A DNA stretch of 63,906 nucleotides, counting the filler, from Sphacelaria rigidula (lineage: Eukaryota): assembly GCA_964200075.2 (NCBI GenBank). It is 11 parts of 11 records of this genome, joined end to end, with 100 filler letters (N's around TTAATTAATTAA, not from the genome) between each part and the next. Parts side by side here need not be neighbours in the genome. Positions count along the whole stretch, not along the records: positions 46,553 to 52,270 come from CAXNAA020025004.1; positions 52,371 to 58,088 come from CAXNAA020025005.1; positions 58,189 to 63,906 come from CAXNAA020025006.1; 8 more parts are not named here. One strand, written 5' to 3'. Position numbers and translations under genes: made by a program. The notes beneath the pieces were generated by a model. It was not told the origin of the DNA, searched no databases, and saw nothing but the letters and a program-made list of their open reading frames with translations. Of the stretch, positions 52,071 to 63,906 are shown one piece after another; the first letter of the stretch is position 1, and the number at the start of each line of letters is the position of its first letter.

Positions 52071-53061
52071 TATTTGTTTTACAACGACGAGCAATGACTC
52101 GTGTGCTCGAATCATCATTACTTCCACAGCGAGCGATAACTCGAGTGCTCGCCCCATTGATTTTGTAAATGTACTACTCGAGAGATACTCTCCGCCGCTT
52201 GAGTAGAACTCTGCTCTGTGTGTGTGTGTCGGGGAGGGGGGGAGGGGGGGTGGGTACTCATGATCATGCANNNNNNNNNNNNNNNNNNNNNNNNNNNNNN
52301 NNNNNNNNNNNNNNTTAATTAATTAANNNNNNNNNNNNNNNNNNNNNNNNNNNNNNNNNNNNNNNNNNNNAAAAGATTCCAGATCGCTCCGGGCATCGAA
52401 CCCCCCTACTCAACCATCAGAAGGTGACGAGGTTACCAACTGAGCCACCGGGGCGACCGGTTCCAGTAATGGGGACCTATAATAATCTGCATATGAGGTG
52501 TTTAGACCCATTTCCTGAAACCAACTATTCGAAGTATATCTCCTTTCTTCAAAATAGTTTTCAGATCTGGTTTCTGAAATCGTCCATCTGCATTCTTCAT
52601 GATAACTTATAAGATCTGGTTTCTGAAAACACCTATACACACCTATACCTCGCAACCCTTCACTCCAGAATCAAGACAACTCTGAGGACCCAACCCCCCG
52701 AAAGCCAAATGACTTCTTCAATCGCGTACAAATGAACCTATCGGGCAAATTTGACTACGGAATCCTCCGTACATTGTAGTTGTTGGCCATGATTGTTTCG
52801 TTTCCTATGTTTTTTCGTGCGTACACGAGGCTATTTGAGCTACGTGTTCTATCACGGCCGTGGGAACTTATGAATAGGGCACGACATCAGCCGACTGGCC
52901 TTGTTCGTCGTTGTAGTAGTCCTATCCTGACACTCTTGTGGTGAACCATCCGGTAGAGTTTACCACTCGGTAGTTGACAGATAGTTCTCGGAAATTGATC
53001 CGCGATAGCACCGCAGCACCACCATGGAAATTCATTAAACTCTTCTGAGGGTAGGTACCAT

Positions 53062-53254
53062 TGTAATGCGTGAGAGGACCGCGTGCTTAGAGGACCGCAT
53101 TGGAATTTGAACATCCCTATGGTTAGGGTTAGGGTTAGGGTCAGGGGCGTGGTATCTCCAGGGACTGACCCGATTAGTTTTGAAAAACGTCGATCCTGAG
53201 GTGTTTTGAACTACGGCGCGGTCCTCTAAGCACGCGGTCCTCTCGCGCATTACA
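53062..53254. mobile_element. Inverted-repeat element with internal (TTAGGG)3
   Basis: ~37-bp near-perfect inverted termini, with GGTTAGGGTTAGGGTTAGGGTCAGGG inside. Confidence 0.85.
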
Positions 53255-54451
53255 CAATGGCACCTTGTGTTCACGAAAATACACGAAAGGTCTATCGCGA
53301 ATTCGTTTTACCGAACAACCTCATGTGTACCCCATTCGTGCGGTACTACCATCGTTGTCCACCATCGATGTGACTAAACGTCGCGCGCGTATGTGATTCC
53401 ATGCTCGTGGGAAGCAACAAACCACTCGTGAGCTCCACTAGAACTTAAACCCGAACATGAATCCTAGAACTAACCCAAACCCTATTCCGTTCCCCACACA
53501 CTAATGGACCTCTCCTGCGGGTTGGTAGAGTAGATGTACGTATAGAGTATGTATGCATTGATAAGTAGGGTGCCTACACTAAGCTGACATGTTGGTAGGA
53601 TATTGATGACTAGGCTATGTCAGATATGCACTGGTAAGGTGTATATCTGGGCTTTATACGTTGGTGCGGTGTACATCTAGATCGTGTGCACTAGTAGAGG
53701 GTGCATCTAGGCTATGTGCCCTTCACTGCAGCTTTGAATCATGGTAATGCTACAGCTGTGTCACGGCACGACCAGAACACCAGCATGGGAAGAATATTTT
53801 ACAGAAGGGGGGTGAAAGAGAATGTTAGTTCCATGCAGTTATCATGAAAACGTGTGGCACGATATATTCACGGTAGTACCTTGGCAGTAATTCGATACCT
53901 TCATGAGGGCATCGTGATATTACCGCGGCACTGCCACGGTACTCTCATGGTACACTCATGAACGTATCGTGGAAGAATTTCGAGTACCATGGCAGTACCA
54001 TGGTGCTACCGTGCAGATTCATGGTCAGACCTACCCTTGCGACCATATAATACCACAGCTTGCTTCCGTAACAACCTATGAAAAGCACCGTAGGACAGAC
54101 ATCAGGTTATGAGTATCACTACACGTGTCTGATGTTTCCTAACGACACTGGCGTTTCCGCCGAATGCTTGCGTTCTAGGCCCATTATTATCGACGCTGTC
54201 TTTTCGGAGATCTCCGGGTTTTCCGGGACTGGCAAGGTACGTGAAGACTCTCAAACGCTTGCGAGCGCCGGGGCGCACACACAGGGCAGTTCTCCGAAGT
54301 GCTGCGTTGCGGTCCGAAGTTTTTCGGACTGCTCCGCAATGAAGCTGAAGAGAAAATCTAGCCGCTTCGAATTCGGAGGAGTCTGAACGCAGAGTCTGAA
54401 AATTCCGAAAACTATCGAGATTTCCAAAAAAACGGTGTCGATAATAATGGG

Positions 54452-54709
54452 CGAGTGATGCTACGGTAAGAGTGCAAAACCATTTTCTGAGGTTAGAATT
54501 CTTAGGAGCCCTTGATCTCATGCAAAACACCACTTACGAAAATGTGTGAAAGTACGCCAGGATTACTACTTCAATGTGCTGGGGATATCCCGAATGGGCT
54601 TGCAAACAGGGATACCCTGATTCATATTCTTGTGCATCTAAAATCGTTAGGAGCCCCTGAACTAGACAATATTTCGCGAAAAAGTGCACCCCTACCGTAG
54701 CATTGCTCG
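54452..54709. mobile_element. MITE, same family as 42218-42456
   Basis: CGAGTGATGCTACGGTA / TACCGTAGCATTGCTCG termini and a colinear interior. Confidence 0.75.
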
Positions 54710-55294
54710 GGCCTTAGCTTCGGGCTCCATCTCACGGTAGTCTCGAACGTGAGTTTTTGGTCTCAACGAGTTAATTTAATTGATCAATTGGTTGATCGAT
54801 TGGTTGTCGCACATTCAATCGTCTTGAAGGAACCCGGCCTTGGTCACACGATAGACGCACTCATTGTCTGTGGAAAAAACAGGAATGCTTGGCAAAGAGA
54901 ACTGGAGAGATGATGAGTATACAGATATATGCCGCGTGTATACATAGAATAACATAGGGGACAGAAACAATGAGAAGCACAACAAAAATACATACAAAAA
55001 AACTAGCAAAAGAGCGGACGATGTGAGTTTGGGGCAGTGACAACAGCGTAACGTCACATACAAATTTCACCACCGAGATGCAAGCATTCACTAAAACCCT
55101 TAGAGATTGCACGTGGGGTTGATTGTGCTTCCCGAGACCGAAGTTGATTGACCCCACTGCCCGGTTTGTCGGTCTCCGACGCAATCCACATCCCGTGGTC
55201 CCTTTTTATATCTCTGTCTACGTGCACATCACGCCGATCCCCACAAGGCGATACCGATGCATCCAAGAAGCGCGAAAACAAGAGGAACCGAGAA

Positions 55295-56647
55295 ATGTGC
55301 CCCATCACGACGACCACGAAACAGTGCAGTGAAGACGCCCACTCCCTCCTATTGATCGCTTTACGAATTTCCATGGCGGCCGAGTGGATTGACCTCTCCC
55401 ACGCCAAGCAACTGCAAATCACTTCCACATCGGTGTGTCGCGAAAGCCGAGATTCCATCTTTTTCCACGTGCGTGTTGTCACGAGAACTCCTCGCCGCCT
55501 ATGGACGCAGCCCCAAACGACCAAAGCCGGACGTCGGCAAAAGCGCCGGGGCGCCGGGGCCCCGCGCGTGCCATCTCTACGGGCAGGCAGTCTCACATTC
55601 GGTCAATATTACAACGCACCCATCGGCGGCATCCGCTGGCCGAAATACCTCAAGCATATCACTTTCGGGGAAAATTTTAATCAGCCTGTGCAGAACATCC
55701 GATGGCCCGCTTCGCTGCTCAGCCTCCAGTTTGGGTGCTACTTCAACCAATCTATCGTCGATATGAGCTCGTGGCCGAGCGGACTCCAACAGCTGAGATT
55801 TGGGTGTCATTTCAATCTGAGCTTGGATAATGTTGCATGGCCCGAGGGGCTACGAAGGATCATTTTCGGGGCGGACTTCAACAGACCCATTAGCGGGATC
55901 ACGTGGCCGAAACGGCTGAAAATGCTGGTGTTTGGTAACGACTTCAATCAAGCAGTGGGTGACGTCATTTGGCCGCAGGAGTTGCAGCGCGTGGTATTCG
56001 GCGCGACTTTCAATCAGCCCATGAAAGGGGTGAAATTTCCCGCTAGTCTTGAGAAACTGAGGATGGACATGGACTTCGACCAAGAGATCAGCAATATGTG
56101 GTGGCCTGCTGATAGCAATCTCCAGGAACTAGTATTCGGCTGCATGTTCAACCACTCTCTGGCAAATGCCGGCCTCCCTTCTGGGCTGAAATCGCTTCAT
56201 TTAGGCTGCAACTGGGACCAGCCGATTGGGGGTATGGATTGGCCGGAAGGACTGACAAATATCACGTTCGGACACGAGTTCAACCACACGCTGGATGGAG
56301 TCAAATGGCCATCAGGGTTGGAAGAGATCACGTTCGGAGCATCTTTCAACCGTTCGTTGGTCGGGGTGCCTTGGCCGAAGTGCTTGAAGTGCCTGGCGTT
56401 CGGCGATTGCTTCGATCGACCCGTGAACGAGGTGTCCTGGCCGGCGAGTTTAATAGAGCTTCACTTCGGGAGAGACTTTTGCCAACCGCTTCAAGACGTG
56501 AAGTGGCCACCAAGACTTCGGTGTGTAGTCTTCGGAGAATCCATGGAGATGGACGAAGTCGTGGATGCTGTCTTTGATCAAGGCAGCATTGAAATGATCG
56601 TAGTTGATGAAGAAATGATGTATTTAGAGCCGGCACTCGTAGTATGA
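55295..56647 (+). CDS. FNIP-repeat (LRR-like) protein, ~450 aa, single exon over this span
   Basis: 14 complete ~22-aa repeats of the form LxxLxFGxxFNQPxxxVxWPxx, then an acidic C-terminus, with no stops or frameshifts. The first in-frame ATG is at 55295; the track's 55148 start is TTG. Confidence 0.9.
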   Translation: MCPITTTTKQCSEDAHSLLLIALRISMAAEWIDLSHAKQLQITSTSVCRESRDSIFFHVRVVTRTPRRLWTQPQTTKAGRRQKRRGAGAPRVPSLRAGSLTFGQYYNAPIGGIRWPKYLKHITFGENFNQPVQNIRWPASLLSLQFGCYFNQSIVDMSSWPSGLQQLRFGCHFNLSLDNVAWPEGLRRIIFGADFNRPISGITWPKRLKMLVFGNDFNQAVGDVIWPQELQRVVFGATFNQPMKGVKFPASLEKLRMDMDFDQEISNMWWPADSNLQELVFGCMFNHSLANAGLPSGLKSLHLGCNWDQPIGGMDWPEGLTNITFGHEFNHTLDGVKWPSGLEEITFGASFNRSLVGVPWPKCLKCLAFGDCFDRPVNEVSWPASLIELHFGRDFCQPLQDVKWPPRLRCVVFGESMEMDEVVDAVFDQGSIEMIVVDEEMMYLEPALVV

Positions 56648-57299
56648 AGAAGCTGAGCGCTCGACGGAAATACGCAGGACGGGCTGTGCGGTGAAATGTC
56701 AAGTGACATTTTCCGTACCCGATGCAAAGGTCGGGCATATGTGGGTGCCACTGTGGCTGCACAAACACCCACATCGTACTCCTGATATTACCGTGCTGTA
56801 CGGCAGAGGGTGGAGGCAGTGAGGGGATGACATCGATTCATTCCTCATTGATGGCTTGTGGTGTAGATGTGACGGCTTACTGGACGATACATGCACGTAC
56901 GTAGATAAGCTATCACATTCATATGTGCGTCCAAGAGGTAGGGAGGGTACGTGACCATGTTCATTTAGAAATGTACAGCTGAAGGAGACGAGGATAAAAT
57001 ATATTTCGTGTATTTGATGACTGTGATGCTCAGCGGCGGGAGAGTACACGACCCTACAGTTTTTACCCACAAAAAACATTATGCCTGTATTGTGAACACA
57101 TGCGGAACATCAATCTCGGTCTAGGTAGTCTCTCCTGGACGCGTACTGTGTGGATTGAAGAGTTGGCATGCTGTAAAATTCGCAATATTTTCATGTAAGC
57201 TCAGGGGGAGCTACAAGTATCATTCGAGAATCCTTAGTGTGAAATCGCCGTACCATATTCACTGTACTACTGAATATGGATATAGGTTGATGAGGGCGG

Positions 57300-57498
57300 T
57301 GTAGTGTGTGAGCGAGCCGCGTGCTTTTTGGATCGCATCTGAGTTTAAACAACCCCATGCTTAGGGTTAGGGTTACGGCCAGGGTCAGGGACGCGGTCCC
57401 TGCAGGGACCGGCCCGAGCGGTCTAGAAAAATGTCGGTCCCGAGGTGTTTTGAACTCCGATGCGGTTCAAAAAGCACGCGATCCGCTCACGCATTACA
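57300..57498. mobile_element. Diverged TTAGGG-containing inverted-repeat element
   Basis: TGTAGTGTGTGAGCG..CGCGTGCTTTT / AAAAGCACGCG..CGCTCACGCATTACA, with TTAGGGTTAGGGTTA inside. Confidence 0.75.
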
Positions 57499-58007
57499 GC
57501 GGTGTGCCGGGCAGACCCAAGTACGCATGGGGTAGTAGGGAGTTAGCAGCCGAGTGGACAAAATGTGCCTTTTTATGCCATAGGGTATTTTCAGCTTCTG
57601 GGCCGATGAGATGGAGAAAAATACACACGTGCGAGTGATGCCGCGATAGTCCCCCCAGATTAGTGGATGGTTTGAAGAGGCACAATCTTTTATGTGAATC
57701 AAAATGACGAAGACGTCAAGCACACCGAGTAGCTGGGAACTAAGTCCCCCACGCCTGGGATCATTTCCGCCAATGTGTCTATATGAGACACTTCAGAAAG
57801 TCTGAAACCAGCTACAGTATCATGCGCTGTACGGTCATTCTTTTAGTGAGGGTTCTGGGGTTGTTTGGGAGGGAGTCTATCGCGGTATCACTCCCCCATG
57901 ACTGGGGGAGGGTGCTCGGGTAGGGGGGATGCACGGCCGAGAATGGCAGCGGCATGAGGGGAAAGTCACCATGTGTACTGCGGTACAGTCGACACTTTCT
58001 ACGACAG

Positions 58008-58042
<35 letters not shown>

Positions 58043-61000
58043 CCGCCCCCCCCCCCCCCCCCCCCCCCCCCGACACAACACCACCACCNNNNNNNNNNNN
58101 NNNNNNNNNNNNNNNNNNNNNNNNNNNNNNNNTTAATTAATTAANNNNNNNNNNNNNNNNNNNNNNNNNNNNNNNNNNNNNNNNNNNNCCACAACTCAAC
58201 CACCAGAAGGTTACGAGGTTACCAACTGAGCCACCGGGGCGACCGGCACCTAGTAGTACTGACTAAATATCTATTCCTTGACTGCTGTCGTTCGTCCCCT
58301 TACTTTTCGCGTTTCTCAAGTATTCATTTCTTGTATTTTCGTAGATACTCTGGTCGGATTGACTGTGGTACTTCTTGAGTCGCATGGCAAGGAAACGTGT
58401 TTGAGTCCGGATTCTGCGAATGACCGAAAGTGCATTATGAGCGCTGGTCGGAAATATGGATAATGACGCGCATACTCGAGTTCAGTCGTGCCTGCAGCAA
58501 CATCATCGTCCGCGGGTAGGTCGGCTCATTTCTCATATCGATCACAGTACAGCAGTACAGCACAGTATAGCGCAGTCCTGCTCGTGATAGCCCAATCTGT
58601 ATGCCGACACATCGCAGCGATTGATGGTTCCCCAGCATCACGTCGGGGCAGCAGCGAACGTTGGTGGTGATGGCGAGTCGAAAATAAACACGGACGACGA
58701 AAACCGTGTCTCCGTAAGGTGTGAAATGAAACGACCCAGTCCTCTATAGGCCTTCATCCACATTTTTACAGGTAGACGATGTTTCAGGGCGTGTCGTCTT
58801 ACTGGCTATCATGTTGGGTTTTGCAACATACACTCCAAACTTTCTGAGGGATGATTTGAATCACAATTCTCCAAAGTACACGACTTCCTGCGCATATTGC
58901 TCCACAGTGGTACAATGTTGCACTACGTGCGGTATCACGCACGACAACACGTACACAAATTCGGTGGACTTCAAGCCATGGTAGCTGCTGTGTCGACAGT
59001 AATTTCGTTCGCTGCCGACTTGGTCACTCGCCTTCCACAAAATGGTTAGTTCGATAGCAAAGTTAATCAAAACGAAGACATAGCTGTAAACCCTGCAAAC
59101 ACGGTGGTGTGTGTAAGAGCCCCAGATCCCAAGGAGACGGTACAACGTGGACGCTCGATTGGTTGCCTTCATTTGCCTGAACCTACGTCCTCGCCACAGG
59201 CAGTACATGGATACATTAACAAGGGAACTCTAGACATCGCACCCGTCAGCTTCAAGGAATGCTCTACTGTACACTACGGCAGTGCTGCCACTTCACTTGA
59301 GAATAGTGGCATAGTGTTACGCTACTTTCGTATCCTCCCTGCTTCTATGCGTGTTCATCCGGGGTTCATTCCATAACCATCGGGGTCACAATTGACTCTC
59401 CCACCTGCAACGCGAACATCATTACACACAATACACCTCGCTGCAGTGTAGGTCGCGCATGGGCATGCCAAGAAGCCATGATCTACCGCCGTATGGCACC
59501 GAGGTTTTCAACAAGCGCGGAAAGCACGATAACGTGATTCGAACACGAATTCATCACATGCTGTGTACCACACTGATGCTGCGATACTCATTTCCTGTGC
59601 CACACAGCGTTTTGCCACAATATGAAAACATCGGTTGTTGCTCTATCCTCTAGTTTCAAAACCCATTTTTGGAAACACTACTCCAGTCTGCTAACGACCT
59701 TTTCCATTCATCTCCGTGTTACAACGTTCTCGTTGTTCAACGCGTGGGCAGGCCCAATGCGGCGGTCTCAAGTGCACATGCCCGTCCACGCCAAAATTTG
59801 GTCATGGATGAGGCGGTGAGCAGGTACGGCGAATCACGGACCGGCGTGGGATGTTGTGGTAAGGCTGCCAAAGTACTCGGTGGTTCTGGTTTTTTGGCAT
59901 GTGTCGATATGGAGCAGCGCGCTGTGTTGAGTTGACAGATGTGTGAAGCATGTCTTTCAGTCGACGATGCTGCCATTATCGACACGCACGAAGCAATGGA
60001 GGGTCGCGCTGGATGAGATGGCCTTGGAAGTCCGCTCGCGCTTGCTGTTGTCGGGAGTCATGCTCCCCGGTGTGCGTGCTGTGGCTGCATGTGGTTTTGG
60101 TCGATTTTGCCGGCGTGTTTGATCAATTTGTCAAAATTTGTAGTTGAGATTGTTGCGCTACCGGGGCTGAGTGCGCCCTTCCTTACGCTGCGAGGAAATC
60201 GGAGTTTGGGTATACAAATATGTTCTTGTCTGTGAAATTTGTACTGAATATTGGGGCACCACCCATGTTCAAACAGTTATGCCACGAGATACATCACGCA
60301 TATACTCATCAACCTCCACAGGTTCATGATAAGCCCATGAGCATGACTGTGTACTGTTCCCTGACATGCCTGCACAGGACTTACGGAAGGATTGATGGAA
60401 GAAAAGCATCAATGGCCCCTCGAATAGGAACAATTTTCACGATCTCTACTAGGGTCTTGGAAAGTCACTAAAAGTACCACACAAACGCCGAGTCGAAGCG
60501 CAAACACGCTGCAGAGTCAGAGACTATTGTAGCAATGAGACATGACCCCCCTATTAGGTTTTCGCTTCGTGTTCGGGTCTACCCATTCCGGTATTTCACT
60601 CAAATTCAGTCGCAAATATACTTCTGTCTCAGCAACACCGAGGGCACACACGACTCCTCTTTCTTCCTGTGCGCCGTACAGTATTACATTCGAAGATTGG
60701 ATATGCGCACAGTCCGGCCACCCGGAGGCAAGCGAAGGCATTAACCAGTCATAGTGAAAACATGAAATATCTACGCTCGTTGGTATTAATTACAGAGTGT
60801 ACCACACTTCCAGCATCATAACTACAATACCCACGACCAACATGGTAGGTGCAGTAGTACTATATGTCTGACTCAGATTACGTGTGAACGCTCCCGTGCA
60901 AGCGGGTCAATTATACCTACTCTCAAAACAGTATACTTCACAAACCCCTTCAGCTCCACGTTACCCTGCGACGTTTTTCATTTTCGAAAGCTTGATGAGA

Positions 61001-62952
61001 CGGTGCAATCAATGTTTTGTCATCGCCGTTCACGTTCGACGAGGGCGAGATTCGACCTTCGACCCAAGCTGTCAGTGCCTGAAAGTATGCGCATGATCGG
61101 CAATACGCGGAGCCCTGGTGGTGGCTCTGACACTTTGATTCTGAAAAATGGAAATTTGATTCTTTACGCGCGTGCGCGATGAACACAGGACACACCAGAA
61201 CGTGAGAAGAGCGTCTCTATGTCGTTCGGGCTAGAGTTTCGTTTGAACCATGTCGCCGTACATGTGTGGCTGCATTGTGCAAAACACACAATAACGTAAG
61301 GTTGATCAGGCAGTGCAATGATTTTTCATCACCGCTAACCATAGACGAGCGCAAGATTCCACGTTGATCCGATCTATCAGTGCCTAAAAGTGCACGTAAT
61401 CGGTCATACGCGGAGCCCTGATGGTGGTGCTGACGCTTCGATTCTGAAAAACAGAAACTTCGATCTTACATGCATACATGATGAACGCGCAAAAGACGCC
61501 ACGAAGCAAGAAAAGTGTCGATGTTTCCTTCAGGCTGGAGTTTTCTTTGGACCATTCGTGACTGTATATCATGTGCAACATACTCACGTTGAAGCGGTAA
61601 CATGGTTAGTTTTCCTTACAGCGTAGGATTCCGATCAGTGAGGGCGTAAGCAAGAACGGTAAAAGCTGCAGCTTACCGCGCGGCGCTTTCTTCGCAGGCA
61701 TTTTCTTGTTTCTTGAGCTTCGATTTCTCAGAGTTCGGTGAATTCCGGTGTCGCAGTCATTTGTATTTTTTCGTCTCTTTCTGGGTTGTCTATTATTTGA
61801 CAATCGCAGCCTTTATTGTTTATGTGCAACGCATGACGTTCAAACGGTGACGCGATCATATTTCCTTACACCATAGGCGTCTGAATCGTGTAAGCGCGAC
61901 ATATGCGTGCGTCATATCAATATGATTTCAATCAACAACAATTGTAGGCGCAGTGTTTGTTGTTGCCTGTTTTCAGGCCTTTCTGTGTTCCTAAGATTCG
62001 ATTTTCCGGCGTTCGGGGTCCGGTGAATCCGACAGCCGATTTGCCGCAGTTCGGTGAATTTCGGAGCCGAATTTCATTGTCGCTCTCCTGGCCGTCTACT
62101 TCGGCGTCACAGTAGTGTTCCGTTTGCGGACGTGTCTTGGGGCGTTTCTTCGCACTTTTTTTTCGATCGAAAAAATGTGGCGGCGGAATCGACTTGAGCG
62201 AAATTTTCTCGTTTTGATGCAGTTGGGTCCAGATGGATTTTCAATCTTTCAATCGAAAAAAGACAGTAAAATTCGTGAAACGCCACATGGTCACGGGTGT
62301 ACAGTACAGACGGTTTGTACTTCGTGCATCGCTTGCAAGCAGTGTCTTGGGTGCGTGTGTGCGTGTTTCGTTCAGGAGGATATAGAAGAGAAGCGGGCAA
62401 CGTGCAGCGCAGACAGCCCAGGACTATCAGTTCTCTCTGCTTACAATGCCACGTGAAAAAGACTTCAGCAGCGTGCAGCTTTGTGCTGCCTGCACTGTCC
62501 ATGAGCGTGCACGCAACTCGGTTGCGCACCGTACCACGCAGTTCCGTCGCTGATGACTACCATGAGAGAAGATGCAAAGTGAAGTTTTCGCCAACAAACA
62601 TAAACAAAGCGCAACCAACTACTGCAGTAAATCTATCCTTGGGCTCAACTCGTGCGCTATGCTGCAGCATTGCGGTGGTGGCTGAAAATGAGTTGAATCG
62701 GGTTTGCATGGTCCTGTGGACACGTATTTTCTGGCGTGGTGGTCTGTAAGATACGAGTCAAGTGTCGCTTCGTGCCTTTCGCCCGCATGTTTTCGATCGA
62801 ACACGATCGTTTTTGACCTCGCTACATTCTTCTCCGCGCGCCGCTAATTATAATTTTTTTAGTTGAAGCCTTCTGGGAACATAAAAGTGGTGGATGTATC
62901 AGATTGGTGAAAAAACTCGGCTGCACTTTATCGGCGAAAACAAAAGTGCTAA

Positions 62953-63067
62953 GGGCGTGTCTCAGCACATTCGTGTCACAGATGGTTGAAATCACGATCA
63001 ATCAGACCGGGATTCTTGTTTCCCACCGCACATTTTCGATCGAAAACTAATGCGCTAAGACACGCCC
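62953..63067. mobile_element. PIF/Harbinger (Tourist)-like MITE, 115 bp
   Basis: TAA-GGGCGTGTCTCAGCACATT...AATGCGCTAAGACACGCCC-TAA, i.e. a 3-bp TAA duplication with GGGC termini. Confidence 0.8.
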
Positions 63068-63088
63068 TAAGGCCAACTCTAACGGGAG

Positions 63089-63781
63089 CCGTTCAAAATC
63101 CCTCTCGAAAACTGCCTTTTGGGCCCTTCTCCGTCGATTACACCCGAAAAGAGGGCTAGGCGGATGTTGACGCCTTGCGATGACTTGGTCTACTCGTTGA
63201 GACCGTTCTAGGGCAACTTAGCATTTTCCGCTGGCCGCACTTTTGGCCAAATCAGGCCAAACACGTATTTTCAGTAAAAAACGGTCAGGTGATCAACACT
63301 TCCACACGTCGAACAGCTCATGAGCTACCTAAATATTACTTCTTATTCGTGTACTGATTCGGATCGCGAGCTAGCTCATATGATCGCTTTTTCCATATTT
63401 TCTCCCTACAGCGCTGGACACCGAGCACGCGGAGAAGCGTAAAGGTAGCGCTTTGGCTTCTCAGACCCTGCTATCACGTAATTTGTTTTTTTGGATTAGC
63501 TATCTGAGAATCCCCTTCGATTTGTTATTTTCGGTAGCTCATGAGCTGTCCGACGTGTGAACACTTTCACGTGTTTTTTTATCGCTTGAACATTTTTCAT
63601 CGAAAACCCGTATCTGGTCAAAAACGAAGTGCGGCCAGCGGGAAATGCAAAGTTCTCCTGGAACGATCTCATTGAGTAGAGCAAGTCATTCCAAGGCGTA
63701 AACATCCGCCTAGCCCTCCTTTCAGGCGTAAAACGACGAAGAAGAGCCGAAAAGGCCGTTTTGAACAGGAAGTTCGAACGG
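63089..63781. mobile_element. Foldback element with ~250-bp diverged arms
   Basis: GAGGGCTAGGCGGATGTT...CAGCTCATGAGCTACC is mirrored by GGTAGCTCATGAGCTG...AACATCCGCCTAGCCCTC. Confidence 0.8.
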
Positions 63782-63818
63782 AAAACTGCCTTTTTGGCCT
63801 AGACCGACTCTAATGGTG

Positions 63819-63906
63819 CCGCACCCCGGTGGTGTAATGATCCGACTGTCGCTATCAGGGTGGAGAGAACGGGGGTTCGATTCCCGATGCGTTGGGTTCT
63901 TTCTTC
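63819..63906 (+). mobile_element. tRNA-SINE family 1 head, cut by the window end
   Basis: CCGGTGGTGTAATGATCCGACTGTCGCTATCAGGGTGGAGAGAACGGGGGTTCGATTCCCGATGCG. Confidence 0.8.

Noticed and set aside
53120..53146. True telomere
   Set aside because: Only three units, internal to a dispersed inverted-repeat element.

Overview
This is not one continuous locus. It is 11 short contigs of 5,719 or 5,718 bp joined by identical 100-bp artificial spacers (44 N + TTAATTAATTAA + 44 N), so adjacency across a spacer means nothing. The DNA is eukaryotic and dominated by repeats. The FNIP protein and the SINE families suggest a brown alga, possibly a kelp, but that is inference from recall. Only one long intact host-type ORF is evident: an intronless FNIP-repeat protein at 55295-56647. 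The rest is transposon material: a decayed Ty3/gypsy pol ending in a chromodomain-like module, with its LTR; a multiply interrupted APE-RT LINE; an RTE-like RT relic; tRNA-derived SINEs; many MITE/foldback elements; and faint DDE-transposase relics. The most unusual signals are (i) a ~70-nt structured mobile element with a C-rich tail that inserts into C-tracts, (ii) a dispersed ~1-kb repeat encoding a protein I do not recognise, and (iii) TIR elements carrying internal TTAGGG repeats.
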